A DNA stretch of 64,000 bases from Synechococcales cyanobacterium VAR_4_metabat_354 (GTDB lineage: Bacteria > Cyanobacteriota > Cyanobacteriia > Cyanobacteriales > Chamaesiphonaceae), in assembly GCA_031414775.1 (NCBI GenBank), contig JANOQI010000016.1:160001-224000 (forward strand). Direction: 5' to 3'. The number at the start of each line of letters is the position of its first letter. The first letter of the stretch is position 1. Positions 51,494 to 63,305 of this stretch are shown here, in pieces. The position numbers and the translations under genes are program-made. The notes under the pieces were generated by a model. That model was given only the letters and a program-made list of their open reading frames with translations, was not told the DNA's origin and did not search any database.

Positions 51494-51835
51494 ATGGACA
51501 ACATTACGAACCACCTATCGGAGTTCTTTGAAGGTGATGGACAGGTCGCCACTGAAGAAAATCTGTGGGATTATATCCAGTCAATGAGTCCAGAAACGAT
51601 GCGTCAGTTGTCCCAGCCCGTTTCATCTGAGATATTACAGGTGATGGAACGTAATATCATTGGGATGCTAGGTAGCTTGCCATCAGGCCAGTTTGATGTC
51701 GTCGTAACCACCAGTCGGGAAAATCTTAGCCGCTTGGTGGCCTCCGCGATGATTAATGGCTACTTTCTGCGTAATGCCGAGCAACGTTTGTCCTTAGAAC
51801 AATTCATGGATGTTGCTGACGAGGACGAAATTTAG
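51494..51835 (+). CDS. DUF760 family protein
   Basis: LWDYIQSMSPE, GMLGSLP, SAMINGYFLRNAEQR. Confidence 0.85.
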   Translation: MDNITNHLSEFFEGDGQVATEENLWDYIQSMSPETMRQLSQPVSSEILQVMERNIIGMLGSLPSGQFDVVVTTSRENLSRLVASAMINGYFLRNAEQRLSLEQFMDVADEDEI

Positions 51836-52258
51836 GTGATAGTTCAGCCATTCACTCACAAGCTAGTTGGGGTTGGCCTTATTTGGGATGCCGACCTGCT
51901 GTTGATCGATCGAAGGCGACAGACTGGCTTGTTGGGGGGCTTATGGGAATTTCCGGGGGGCAAGATTGAACCAGGTGAATCCATTCCAGAATGTATTGCC
52001 CGCGAGATTCAAGAAGAGTTGGCTTTACAGGTGGTAGTAGGCGCAGAACTAATCACCATCAAGCATACCTACAGCGAATTTGACGTAACGCTGGTAGTCC
52101 ACCACTGTCAATACTTAGGTGGTGAGCCACAGCCGCTCTCTTGCGACGAAATTCGCTGGGTGAAGGTGGCGGAGCTAGGTAATTATCAGTTTCCAGCAGC
52201 TAATGCTGAGATTGTGGCAGCCTTGGTAGCTCTGAAGAATTTAGATCTTACTTACTGA
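51836..52258 (+). CDS. mutT: 8-oxo-dGTP diphosphatase
   Basis: GGLWEFPGGKIEPGE...REIQEE Nudix box, FPAAN. Confidence 0.85.
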   Translation: MIVQPFTHKLVGVGLIWDADLLLIDRRRQTGLLGGLWEFPGGKIEPGESIPECIAREIQEELALQVVVGAELITIKHTYSEFDVTLVVHHCQYLGGEPQPLSCDEIRWVKVAELGNYQFPAANAEIVAALVALKNLDLTY

Positions 52259-52269
52259 AAAGCAGCAAT

Positions 52270-53043
52270 ATGAATTATTGGTACGAAAGCTTAGCAGTAG
52301 CGCAGCGCATCTTAATTGAGCTAGTACGGCGGCGACGCAGCCTAATTTTGTGGGTGATATTTCCATTGTCCTTATTGAGTATTAATAGTCTGGTGGTGGC
52401 GGAGCAAGGAAATATTTCAATTAGCCAAGCTTTAAGCCTGATCGCCCCTTCGGCTCTCATTGGTTCTGCTTTGTTTTTTAGCTGTCTAGGCGGTACCGTG
52501 GCTACTATTGTGGCCGAAAGAGAGCATCTAACTCTAAAGCGACTATTCTTATCACCCTTGAGTGGTCTATCTTACTTTTTGGGTATTTTTATGGCCCATA
52601 GCTGTATTGGGCTAGGTCAGACACTATTGGTTTATACCAGTGCGATGCTCTGGGGTGCTAAGTTTCAGGGGAATTTTTTATTAGTCTTAGCCATCATTCT
52701 ATTAAGCATCATCTCCTATGTGGGGATGGGTTTTATCTTGAGTACCCAACTAGCCAAACGGACTGAAGATGTTAATTCTGTCGTGGCTGCTTTTGGGATT
52801 CCGTTGTTAATTTTGGGTGGAGCATTTTTTCCCACTTCTTTCTTTCCCAAATTACTCCTCCAACTAGCCGAATTTAATCCCGTCTATCATATGAATGAGT
52901 CTTTAGTCGGTGTTTCCAATAATGGCGACTCTTTACTGAAGATCGGCAGGCATCTTAGCTTTTTGTGTACTTTTGCGGCTATGACCTTGGGAACGGCCTG
53001 GTTCTCTTACAATCGCATGTTGAAAAGCGAGAAAAGATTGTAA
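52270..53043 (+). CDS. ABC-2 type permease
   Basis: Multi-TM, ERE..TLKRLFLSP, LGGAFFP, NPVYH. Confidence 0.85.
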   Translation: MNYWYESLAVAQRILIELVRRRRSLILWVIFPLSLLSINSLVVAEQGNISISQALSLIAPSALIGSALFFSCLGGTVATIVAEREHLTLKRLFLSPLSGLSYFLGIFMAHSCIGLGQTLLVYTSAMLWGAKFQGNFLLVLAIILLSIISYVGMGFILSTQLAKRTEDVNSVVAAFGIPLLILGGAFFPTSFFPKLLLQLAEFNPVYHMNESLVGVSNNGDSLLKIGRHLSFLCTFAAMTLGTAWFSYNRMLKSEKRL

Positions 53044-53100
53044 TCTGGAATTTTAGTATTCCCCAGTGATATCAAAGCTAATTTAGCGTCGTCTTTACCT

Positions 53101-54000
53101 ATGCTCCAAATCAGTGATCTATGCAAAAATTACGGCGCGAGACAGGTCTTAAATAACCTAAATCTCCATGTCACTGCGGGCGAAGTATACGGACTATTGG
53201 GACCCAATGGGGCTGGTAAAACAACGACTATCAATATTCTGTGCAATTTACTATCGTCAGATAGTGGCCAAGTCAAGATTGCTGGCGAAGTGTTATCAGC
53301 AGCGACCAAACGTTGCATTGGAGTAGTACCTCAAGATAACTTGGTCTATCGTAATTTAAGCTGCGCAGAAAATTTAAACTTTTTCGGCCAAATTTACGGC
53401 CTGCGTCGCCGTGAGCGGAAGCAGCGCATTCAAGAATGTTTAGTGGCTGTTAACTTGATCGATCGCACTCATTCTTTAGCCGAAACTTTGAGTGGTGGGA
53501 TGCAACGGCGGTTGAATATTGCTATTTCATTGATGCATCACCCCAAGTTGATTATTTTAGATGAACCCACCACTGGCCTGGATGTGGAAGCTCGTTATGA
53601 GATTTGGGAGCTAATCAGGACATTGCAACAGCAAGGAATAACTATTCTGTTGACAACACACCTTTTAGAAGAAGCAGAACGCCTTTGTCAACGGATTGGC
53701 ATTCTCAAACACGGACGAATTATTGCGGAGGGGACAATCGCCCAGCTGCGTGCCGAAATGCCCGCTAAAGAAATTGTAATGGTACACACTTCCCAGGAAG
53801 AACAAGCTATTCATATTGCCAGCAAGCACGGCTTTGCCCATCGCTTATATGGCAATGAGCTAGCCTTTTGGTTGCCAGCACATCTAGAATTGAAAGAAAT
53901 CCTAGAAATATTTGCTGGTATTGAGTTGGATTCCATTAGCCGTCAACCGGTACGATTAGAACATATCTATTTGGAACTCACCAATCAGTGTCAGTCCTGA
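53101..54000 (+). CDS. ABC transporter ATP-binding protein
   Basis: GPNGAGKTT, LSGGMQRR, LDEPTTGLD. Confidence 0.92.
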   Translation: MLQISDLCKNYGARQVLNNLNLHVTAGEVYGLLGPNGAGKTTTINILCNLLSSDSGQVKIAGEVLSAATKRCIGVVPQDNLVYRNLSCAENLNFFGQIYGLRRRERKQRIQECLVAVNLIDRTHSLAETLSGGMQRRLNIAISLMHHPKLIILDEPTTGLDVEARYEIWELIRTLQQQGITILLTTHLLEEAERLCQRIGILKHGRIIAEGTIAQLRAEMPAKEIVMVHTSQEEQAIHIASKHGFAHRLYGNELAFWLPAHLELKEILEIFAGIELDSISRQPVRLEHIYLELTNQCQS

Positions 54001-54204
54001 TTAGTCTTGAATATTCACCAATCGAAAACCCATCTGACACTCGTAGGCCGAGGGCTGATCATCAACGGTGCGCTGACTAATTTGTTGGCCGCAGCACAGT
54101 TGCCCTTGTCGCCAGCGTGGTTGGCCTTGAGTGGTTGCCCACAAGCAGCTAGAGCAGATGTCTTGGGGACAAATAATTTGTCGATCGGTCATAATTACGA
54201 GCAT
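54001..54204 (-). CDS. small Cys-containing hypothetical protein
   Basis: MLVIM...CSSCL.A...GQPRW..G.L.C...YECQMGFR pattern. Confidence 0.7.
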   Translation of the reverse strand: MLVIMTDRQIICPQDICSSCLWATTQGQPRWRQGQLCCGQQISQRTVDDQPSAYECQMGFRLVNIQD

Positions 54205-54345
54205 CTTATTACCTCCGGTTACTCACCGCAAGTGATATTGCTATTGTAATGGGCTATATTTTTTTTTGATAAATCCGCAACAATTTAAGACTGTCGATCC
54301 TTGGTGAGAAGTCCTCTGGATTAGATATAACGATAGATATTAACC

Positions 54346-55830
54346 CTAACCATTGAGCTTCTGATTCAAGATCTGGTTAGTCAGCTTTGGCTCCGCCCGT
54401 CCCCCAGACTGCTTCATCACCTGACCCACAAAGAACCCCAGTAACTTTGTTTTTCCCGCCCGGTATTGCTCTAACTCCTGCGGATTTGCTGCAATAATCT
54501 CATCAATCAGCGCCGCAATCTCCTCTGGATTTGAGATCGCCGTCATCCCCTTACTTTCCACTAGTTTTTGCACCGAGCCACCTTTTTCAAGCAGCTCTGG
54601 CAGAATTTCCTTAGCAATCTTGCCGCTAATTGTGCCCTTCTCGATCAGCGCCACCAACTCCGCTAAATTCTCTGGCTTCAGACCGATGTCATTGATACTG
54701 ATTTTCTGAGTTTTTAGATAGGAAGTAATATCTCCCATCAACCAGTTAGTGGCTTGCTTGACATCCGCTCCGGCCTCGATCGATCTCTCCAGATACAATG
54801 ATATATCCCGATCGTCGGTCAACACTTGGGCATCGTAGGCAGACAAGCCTAGCTCGGTGACATAGCGCAATCGTTTGACCGCTGGTAGTTCGGGCGACTC
54901 GCTTAACCACTCTTGTTTTTGAGCATCACTCACAATGATCGGAGTCAAATCTGGCTCGGGGAAGTAACGATAATCGCTGGAACCCTCCTTGGCGCGCATA
55001 CTAATGGTGCGCTGAGTACCTTCTTCCCACAGGCGGGTTTCTTGGACAATCTTTTCGCCAGCTTCGACGGCAATTGTCTGCCGCTCAATTTCGTGATCGA
55101 TCGCTCTTTGAATCGCACTAAAGGAGTTCATATTCTTGATTTCTACCTTGGTGCCGAACTCCTTTTGACCGAAAGGTCGAATCGAAATATTGACATCGCA
55201 GCGCAGGGAGCCTTCTTGCATGTTGCCATCGCCCACCCCCAAATAGCGGATGATCCGGCGGATTTCTTGGGCGTATTCAGCGGCTTCTAGGCCAGTCCGC
55301 AGATCTGGTTCCGACACAATTTCCACCAGCGGCACGCCGGTTCGATTAAAATCCACCAGAGAATAAGTGGAGCCAGATAGTCGATCGCTACCAGCATGGA
55401 CGAGCTTCCCGGCATCTTCTTCCATGTGCAGCCGGGTGATACCAATCCGCTTGCGCACTGGATTACCATCGGTATCTAAGGGCGCAATTTCTACCCAACC
55501 ATGCTCGCCGATCGGTAGATCTGACTGGGTAATTTGATAATTCTTCGGTGAATCTGGATAAAAATATTGCTTGCGATCGAACTTGCTATAAGCCGCGATC
55601 GTGGTATTCAAAGCCATGCCTGCTTTCACTGCAAACTCTAAGACCTTTTCATTGAGAACTGGCAATACACCGGGCATCCCCATGCAGACCGGGCAAACAT
55701 TTTGGTTGGGAGGATTGCCAAACTCTGTCGAGCAATTACAAAAAATCTTAGTGGCCGTACTCAATTGACAATGAGTTTCTAGGCCAATAATTGCTTCGTA
55801 CTTAGTTTTGACCGGAGCTGCTGTAACCAT
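54346..55830 (-). CDS. gatB: Asp-tRNA(Asn)/Glu-tRNA(Gln) amidotransferase subunit B
   Basis: IGLETH, FDRKQYFYPD, HMEEDAGK, YRYFPEPDL. Confidence 0.98.
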   Translation of the reverse strand: MVTAAPVKTKYEAIIGLETHCQLSTATKIFCNCSTEFGNPPNQNVCPVCMGMPGVLPVLNEKVLEFAVKAGMALNTTIAAYSKFDRKQYFYPDSPKNYQITQSDLPIGEHGWVEIAPLDTDGNPVRKRIGITRLHMEEDAGKLVHAGSDRLSGSTYSLVDFNRTGVPLVEIVSEPDLRTGLEAAEYAQEIRRIIRYLGVGDGNMQEGSLRCDVNISIRPFGQKEFGTKVEIKNMNSFSAIQRAIDHEIERQTIAVEAGEKIVQETRLWEEGTQRTISMRAKEGSSDYRYFPEPDLTPIIVSDAQKQEWLSESPELPAVKRLRYVTELGLSAYDAQVLTDDRDISLYLERSIEAGADVKQATNWLMGDITSYLKTQKISINDIGLKPENLAELVALIEKGTISGKIAKEILPELLEKGGSVQKLVESKGMTAISNPEEIAALIDEIIAANPQELEQYRAGKTKLLGFFVGQVMKQSGGRAEPKLTNQILNQKLNG

Positions 55831-55866
55831 TATGGAGAAGGCTGGATAGACTGATCAAATTATATC

Positions 55867-56394
55867 TTACGGGCGCAGCGTCGAGGGGTTGCTGATATTA
55901 ACGGTCTCCGCAATCAACCCTGAACCGATATCCTCAGCTGGATCGGCTGGTTGAAATTGACTGAGGGTGGTCATAAAGTCACTAACACCTTGAAATTGCT
56001 GATAGACCGACGCAAACCGCACATAGGCCACCTCATTGAGGGGTTTGAGTAGGGCTAAGACCAAATCACCAATCTCGGCGGTGGTTACTTCACGGCGACT
56101 GCGGGACTGAAGCTGGGCTTCGATTTCATCAACAATCCGCTCCAATGTATCATGAGTCAGACCGGTTTTTTGGCAAGCATGTACCATGCCGCGTAGCAGT
56201 TTAGACCGGTCGAAGTATTCCCGTTCTTCATTGCGTTTAATCACGGTGACCGGAATGAATTCGATCCGTTCGTAGGTAGTAAAGCGGTGCTTGCATTTCA
56301 AACATTCTCGCCGCCGCCGAATGCTCTGCCCGCTTTCTGTCGATCGAGACTCCAGCACGCGGCTATCGGTAAATTGGCAGTAAGGACATTCCAT
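55867..56394 (-). CDS. nrdR: transcriptional repressor NrdR
   Basis: [32 protein letters not shown] 56394. Confidence 0.96.
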   Translation of the reverse strand: MECPYCQFTDSRVLESRSTESGQSIRRRRECLKCKHRFTTYERIEFIPVTVIKRNEEREYFDRSKLLRGMVHACQKTGLTHDTLERIVDEIEAQLQSRSRREVTTAEIGDLVLALLKPLNEVAYVRFASVYQQFQGVSDFMTTLSQFQPADPAEDIGSGLIAETVNISNPSTLRP

Positions 56395-56528
56395 ATTGAA
56401 CGCAGGTTTGGACAAAGCTACAACCATTATCCATCATGATTGCGAGAGTCTTTGTGCAAATGCGACATTCGCGACTCTCGATTACAATGGGCAGATTGCT
56501 GGTTGCTAATTTTCATCACCTTTTTATT

Positions 56529-57245
56529 TTGCGTTTTGACATCGTTACCCTATTTCCCGATTTCTTTACCTCGCCGCTCTCCTGTGGCCTATTGGGGAAA
56601 GCAATTGCTAAGCAGTTAGCCACAGTGGTGCTCACTAATCCTCGCGACTTTACATTCGATCGACACCACAAAGTCGATGATGAGTCTTATGGGGGCGGCG
56701 TGGGCATGGTTATTAAACCAGAGCCGATCTTTGCGGCGGTGGAATCGCTGCCAGTTTTGCCCAAGCGCTTAGTTTTGATGATGAGTCCGCAGGGCGAAAC
56801 CATTAGCCAGTCAATGCTTTGGGATATGGTGGCCAATTGTGAACAGCTGGTAATTATCTGCGGTCATTACGAAGGCATCGATGAACGGGTGATGAATATT
56901 GTCGATCGAGAGATCTCCCTCGGCGATTTTGTCTTAACCTGTGGCGAAATTCCGGCGCTGACACTGATCAATGGCATTACTAGATTAATTCCGGGCACTG
57001 TTGGTAAATTGGATTCCCTTAAACAAGATAGTTTTGAATCTGGTCTACTCGACTATCCACACTACACTCGTCCGCCAGAATTTCGGGGCTGGCCAGTACC
57101 AGCAGTTTTGACCTCGGGCAACCACAAAAATATCGCCCAGTGGCGCTATGAACAGCAACTCCACCGGACGAAAACGAAAAGGCCAGATTTGTATCAGGCT
57201 TGGCTAGAATTGCAAGCCCACACCAACGATGCCAGCAAAATCTGA
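56529..57245 (+). CDS. trmD: tRNA (guanine37-N1)-methyltransferase
   Basis: FDIVTLFP, YGGGVGM, CGHYEGIDER, SLGDFVLTCGE; TTG 56529 preferred. Confidence 0.96.
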   Translation: MRFDIVTLFPDFFTSPLSCGLLGKAIAKQLATVVLTNPRDFTFDRHHKVDDESYGGGVGMVIKPEPIFAAVESLPVLPKRLVLMMSPQGETISQSMLWDMVANCEQLVIICGHYEGIDERVMNIVDREISLGDFVLTCGEIPALTLINGITRLIPGTVGKLDSLKQDSFESGLLDYPHYTRPPEFRGWPVPAVLTSGNHKNIAQWRYEQQLHRTKTKRPDLYQAWLELQAHTNDASKI

Positions 57246-57851
57246 ATTAAAAGTACTAGAAAGTTGCAATAGTAGCGATGCCCCGCCACCCAAATAAGTG
57301 TCTGCGCCGAGGAGTGCCAGTGGCCTTAAGTCATTTCCACCAGTGCCTGATTGATAGGTGATCCCACCGCCAGCGTGCAGCATAATGAAGGGATTTTCTC
57401 CAAACTGATCATTGCTAGTTATAGGAAAATCATAGGTAATCGGTAATGAAAACTGGGGAAAATTACCCAAAAATATGCTGGGTCTTACCGAAATATTGGT
57501 GCCAACACCAAAACGGCTCACTGCTCCAATCTGGCTACTATTACCAAAAGATACGGCGGGGCCAATATAGTTGCCGTAAGAATTTTGTCTAGTATTAGAG
57601 TTGCTGCTAGACGGTGCTGGTGGCGGGTTATTGGGAGCCGGAGAGTTTGGTGGTGGCGGCGGTGGTGGGGCGCTGACGCCACTGGGAGCTGGATAGGGAG
57701 CTGGATCTCTGCCGGGTACGGGGACGATCCGCTTTTTTTGAGGTTTCTTCTGAGCTAAGCTAATTTTGCCTGGGATGGCAGCTAGATTATCTACCTGCCG
57801 AACATCTGCTTGGTAGAGACTAGGCGGCACCGTGTTGATGGGAGCAATCAT
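57204..57851 (-). CDS. hypothetical protein: Pro-rich linker plus small beta-barrel-like domain
   Basis: NYIGP, ISVRPS, PITYDF, terminal VGVGLQF. Confidence 0.6.
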   Translation of the reverse strand: MIAPINTVPPSLYQADVRQVDNLAAIPGKISLAQKKPQKKRIVPVPGRDPAPYPAPSGVSAPPPPPPPNSPAPNNPPPAPSSSNSNTRQNSYGNYIGPAVSFGNSSQIGAVSRFGVGTNISVRPSIFLGNFPQFSLPITYDFPITSNDQFGENPFIMLHAGGGITYQSGTGGNDLRPLALLGADTYLGGGASLLLQLSSTFNSDFAGIVGVGLQF

Positions 57852-57977
57852 AATCGTTTAAAAGAGTTTGCGAATGTTGCTGGATATGACGAATCGATAA
57901 TAGTCGCTGTGCCTAGCATACTGCCAATCCAGAAGATTTATAAATTTTCAAAGTTTTTCAGGCTCGTAATAATCACT

Positions 57978-58012
57978 AAAAACCCACCCCAGAGAAGCTG
58001 GAATGGGTTTTG
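57978..58012 (-). terminator. ftsH terminator
   Basis: aaaaccca..ccag/ctgg..tgggtttt imperfect stem. Confidence 0.55.
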
Positions 58013-58059
58013 TAGTAGGAGAATTATCGACAGGTTAATTTACTTGTCTTAACTGTGGG

Positions 58060-59946
58060 TTAGAGAGCCGGGACAAAGCGATCTTTTTCGGGTACTACGG
58101 TGTATTCGGCCACAATCTGGCGTAGTTCATCACCGTTGATGGTTTCTTGTTCGATCAGTAGATCTACCAGCCGATCGACAACTTGACGATTGTCTTTCAT
58201 GATTTTAATTGCTTCCTTATGGCATTCATCAACAATGGCTCTTACTTGGACATCAATCTGGGCGGCTACTTCATCGGAGTAGTCGGCGCGGCTGTTCCAG
58301 CCCCCACCCAAAAATACTTCACCCGATTGACTTTCTAAAGACAGAGGACCTAGCTTAGACATGCCAAATTGAGTCACCATCCGCCGCGCCATGCCAGTAA
58401 CCTGTTGCAAGTCGCCACCCGCACCCGTTGTTACTTCCGAATCACCAAAAACAACTTCTTCAGCTGCCCGACCACCCAAAGCGCCAGAGATTCGGGCGCG
58501 TAGCTGGGAGCGAGATATCAGCATTTGGTCTTCATCGGGGGTAAACCAGGTTAAGCCCAGAGCCTGACCACGCGGAATTAAGGTTACTTTTTGAACTGGA
58601 TCATGCTCCTTCAGCAAGGTGCCCACAATGGCATGACCAACTTCGTGATAAGCAATTAAGCGCTTGCTCTTACCATCTACCAACGGTGTGCCTTCCATAC
58701 CGGCTACTACTCGATCGACCGCATCATCCACTTCTAACATGGTGATGGCATCTTTGCGGCGACGGGCAGTGAGGATCGCGGCTTCGTTGAGTAAGTTGGC
58801 CAAATCGGCACCACTAAAGCCTGGTGTGCGGCGGGCAATAACTTCTAATGAGATATCTTCACCCAGCTTTTTGTTGCGGGAGTGAACATTTAATACTTCC
58901 AAACGACCCTTGATATCGGGGGTATCTACCGTTACCTGTCGATCGAACCGACCAGGGCGCAGCAAGGCCGAATCCAAGACATCTGGGCGGTTAGTGGCCG
59001 CAATGACGATGATGCCGGTGTTGCCCTCAAAACCATCCATTTCGGTCAGCATTTGGTTGAGCGTCTGTTCTCGCTCATCGTTACCACCACCAATACCAGC
59101 GCCCCGTTGGCGACCGACCGCATCAATTTCGTCAATAAAGATCAAACAAGGAGCGTTTTCTTTAGCTTTTTTGAAGAGATCTCGTACCCGGGAGGCACCC
59201 ACCCCGACAAACATTTCTACAAACTCAGAGCCAGAAATACTAAAAAACGGTACACCCGCTTCCCCCGCAATCGCCTTTGCCAACAAAGTTTTGCCGGTTC
59301 CGGGTGGTCCAATTAGCAGTACACCTTTAGGAATCTTGGCACCAACTGCTGTAAATTTCTCGGGCTGTTTGAGAAAAGTAACGACTTCTTGTAGCTCTTC
59401 TTTGGCTTCATCAATGCCAGCGACATCATCAAACATAATGCCAGTCTTGGCATCCATTTGAAACTTGGCTTTGGATTTGCCAAAATTCATAGCTTGGCCA
59501 GGGCCCCCGGGCATGTTGTTGGAACGTCTAAATAGTAAGAACAAACCACTCACCAGCAATACAGGGAAAAGCAGATTCCCTAGAAATCCCCAGACTGCTC
59601 CATCATTCCGGGCGGGATGGCTGTCAAGCTGAATATTAGAATCACGCAAACGAGCAATCAAATCAGGAGCGGTGCCCGGTAGATCTACCCGTAATCTCTG
59701 TACCCGACCATCTAGATCTGGATCCGTTGCTTGGACGATTGCCGTTTTGCCACCATCATACAAATCTACACTCACCACTCGGCGGGCATCAAGATATTCT
59801 AGGAACCGGCCATAGGTCATCCGGGCACTGGCAGTATTCTTACCTGGTTCACCGGTCAGGCCGGGGGATAATCCCTGCCAGAGGAAGAATCCAATCACCA
59901 AGAGCGGAACCGACCATAGGAGGGCTATGCGCCAAGAAAATTTCAT
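58060..59946 (-). CDS. ftsH2: ATP-dependent zinc metalloprotease FtsH (FtsH2 type)
   Basis: [32 protein letters not shown]. Confidence 0.93.
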   Translation of the reverse strand: MKFSWRIALLWSVPLLVIGFFLWQGLSPGLTGEPGKNTASARMTYGRFLEYLDARRVVSVDLYDGGKTAIVQATDPDLDGRVQRLRVDLPGTAPDLIARLRDSNIQLDSHPARNDGAVWGFLGNLLFPVLLVSGLFLLFRRSNNMPGGPGQAMNFGKSKAKFQMDAKTGIMFDDVAGIDEAKEELQEVVTFLKQPEKFTAVGAKIPKGVLLIGPPGTGKTLLAKAIAGEAGVPFFSISGSEFVEMFVGVGASRVRDLFKKAKENAPCLIFIDEIDAVGRQRGAGIGGGNDEREQTLNQMLTEMDGFEGNTGIIVIAATNRPDVLDSALLRPGRFDRQVTVDTPDIKGRLEVLNVHSRNKKLGEDISLEVIARRTPGFSGADLANLLNEAAILTARRRKDAITMLEVDDAVDRVVAGMEGTPLVDGKSKRLIAYHEVGHAIVGTLLKEHDPVQKVTLIPRGQALGLTWFTPDEDQMLISRSQLRARISGALGGRAAEEVVFGDSEVTTGAGGDLQQVTGMARRMVTQFGMSKLGPLSLESQSGEVFLGGGWNSRADYSDEVAAQIDVQVRAIVDECHKEAIKIMKDNRQVVDRLVDLLIEQETINGDELRQIVAEYTVVPEKDRFVPAL

Positions 59947-60060
59947 ATGCTATCTGCCTTTAATAGAGGTTTATATTAAGTTCCACAGGTGGAAAGAGGT
60001 GGGTGTAGCCGAAATCTAAAGTTAGAGATTTCTACAACTAAGTGGATGGGAGGTGATTGC

Positions 60061-60078
60061 TTCTTAAACAAATGTAAC
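60061..60078 (-). promoter_or_regulatory. HLR1 (RpaB) motif upstream of ftsH
   Basis: Minus strand GTTACATT-TG-TTTAAGAA. Confidence 0.55.
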
Positions 60079-60151
60079 GTAATTCTCAGATTTCCGGCAA
60101 GCTAGCTGTTAATTTTTTGTCGATCGATACGGCTAGTTTGGACCGACCGAC

Positions 60152-60183
60152 AAAACCCCGACCTCCAGTAGAAGTCAGGGTTT
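60152..60183 (-). terminator. petH terminator
   Basis: aaaccccgac...gtcagggttt imperfect stem. Confidence 0.55.
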
Positions 60184-60202
60184 CCATCATAAAATGGGCT
60201 AT

Positions 60203-61399
<1,197 letters not shown>

Positions 61400-61722
61400 T
61401 TATTTTTAAGAATGGTGAGCGCACCTGCTAGATACGCCCGTCAGCTTACCGGATTCTGACTTCATCGCACAAGAGGCTAGCCCCTTGTGCATTAACCTGC
61501 TTTAGAAAAATATTATAAGCAGTCTGACTGTTAGAGTGTTCGCCAATTACCATTCTTGATCGAGATCGCACCAAGCGCTTGATAATCTGGGAGTCTATTG
61601 TGATGGATACTGCCTTCTGCTAGAATTTTGTATCGACTTATATTCGGCTCCAATAATCGGTATTTATTGGCCGTGCTCAGGTTGTTATATATAGATTTAA
61701 TTTTTGAATTTAGAGGGTTTCT

Positions 61723-62730
61723 ATGACTATTCAGGTGGATCGAGTAGTAATAATTGGTGTTGCTGGCGACTCTGGTTGCGGTAAATCAACTTTTTTGCGA
61801 CGCATTACCGATTTATTTGGGGAATCATTTGTCACAGTGATTTGTCTGGACGATTACCATAGCTTGGATCGCTATCAGCGCAAAGAAACTGGCATCACAG
61901 CTCTCGATCCCCGAGCGAATAACTTCGACTTGATGGCCGAGCAAATTAAAACGCTCAAGCAAGGTAAATCGATCCAGAAGCCGATTTACAACCATGAGAC
62001 TGGTTTACTCGATCCACCAGAACTGATTGAACCCAACCATGTAATTGTCGTAGAGGGTTTACATCCTCTCTATGACGAACGAGTACGTGATCTACTGGAC
62101 TTTAGTGTTTACCTAGACATTAGTGATGCCGTGAAGATTGAGTGGAAGATTCAGCGCGATATGGCTGAACGTGGTCACAGCTACGACGAAGTTTTGAAAG
62201 CGATCGAATCACGGCGACCAGATTTTTCTGCTTATATCGAACCCCAACGTGGTCATGCTGATGTCGTAATTCAGGTACTACCGACTAATTTGGTACCAGC
62301 CGATCAAAAGAGCGAATTATTGCGAGTGCGCTTAATTCAAAGAGAGGGTGCTGCTGGTTTGCCTGAGCCTTCTTATCTATTTGATGAAGGTTCTACCATC
62401 AACTGGCGACCATGTGGTCGCAAGTTAACTTGTAGTTATCCTGGCATCACCATGTTTTATGGTCCTGATGATTATTACGGTCACGAGGTTTCTGTTTTAG
62501 AAATCGATGGTCAGCTCGAGAACCTAGAAGAAGTGAAGTACATTGAAACTCACCTCAGCAAGATTTCGACCAAGTTTGAAGGAGAAATGACCAAGTTATT
62601 GCTCCAGCATAAAGAATATCCTGGTTCCAATAATGGCACTGGTCTCTTTCAGGTATTGGTTGGTCTGAAAATGCGTGAGACCTACGAGCGGCTCACTCAG
62701 AAAGAAGCTGTTGTAGGTGCCAAGGCTTAG
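61723..62730 (+). CDS. prk: phosphoribulokinase
   Basis: GDSGCGKST, LDDYHSLDR, KIQRDMAERGH, GSNNGTG. Confidence 0.98.
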   Translation: MTIQVDRVVIIGVAGDSGCGKSTFLRRITDLFGESFVTVICLDDYHSLDRYQRKETGITALDPRANNFDLMAEQIKTLKQGKSIQKPIYNHETGLLDPPELIEPNHVIVVEGLHPLYDERVRDLLDFSVYLDISDAVKIEWKIQRDMAERGHSYDEVLKAIESRRPDFSAYIEPQRGHADVVIQVLPTNLVPADQKSELLRVRLIQREGAAGLPEPSYLFDEGSTINWRPCGRKLTCSYPGITMFYGPDDYYGHEVSVLEIDGQLENLEEVKYIETHLSKISTKFEGEMTKLLLQHKEYPGSNNGTGLFQVLVGLKMRETYERLTQKEAVVGAKA

Positions 62731-62806
62731 ACTAGTCTATCCTCAAAATTTGTTCAGCCGTGGAGATATAATTGATGTCTCGGCGGCTTTTTTACAGGAG
62801 TGGGTT

Positions 62807-63055
62807 ATGGTGCAGCTAGCGATCGTTGTTTTCTTCGGACTATTTGCCGTCGTCGAAATTTATCAGTCAATTAAAAATATTCAACTGCCATTGCCCATAT
62901 ATTTAGCTTTGGGTATTGCGCTGGCTGTTGTTTCTAACTTGTCGGTATTAAATCAGACTAAAACCGTTCATCCGCCGCTGTCTGCTGCTATTACTGCCCC
63001 GACTACTAATTTAGTGGCGCAGGAGGAAGCTCAAATAGTATCCAGCATTAACTAA
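62807..63055 (+). CDS. small membrane hypothetical protein
   Basis: Two hydrophobic segments, LPLPIY..LG..LAV.SN; start uncertain. Confidence 0.55.
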   Translation: MVQLAIVVFFGLFAVVEIYQSIKNIQLPLPIYLALGIALAVVSNLSVLNQTKTVHPPLSAAITAPTTNLVAQEEAQIVSSIN

Positions 63056-63295
63056 CGATGTAATGCCTGCTCCCAGGATGACCCCCTTGATGATGCCCCA
63101 CCGCTCTTCATACCGTAGGAAAATAATGATGGGGATGATGTAAAGAAACTGGGAAAAGCCGATCGAAGACCAAAGATAGGAAAATAAAACTGAGAGGGGA
63201 ACGCCCAAAATACAAATTGCTAAAAATACTAAGTTGAGAATTAAAATCCCAACTAATCCTCTTAATATTGCTATTAATTCACGCCATTTAACCAT
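63011..63295 (-). CDS. hypothetical membrane protein
   Basis: Hydrophobic, IGFSQFLYIIP...KGVILGA. Confidence 0.55.
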   Translation of the reverse strand: MVKWRELIAILRGLVGILILNLVFLAICILGVPLSVLFSYLWSSIGFSQFLYIIPIIIFLRYEERWGIIKGVILGAGITSLVNAGYYLSFLLRH

Positions 63296-63305
63296 ATTGA
63301 GATAA

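Noticed and set aside
58910..59461. Long antisense ORFs over ftsH (also over capD, gatB, helicase)
   Set aside because: Typical shadow frames of conserved genes
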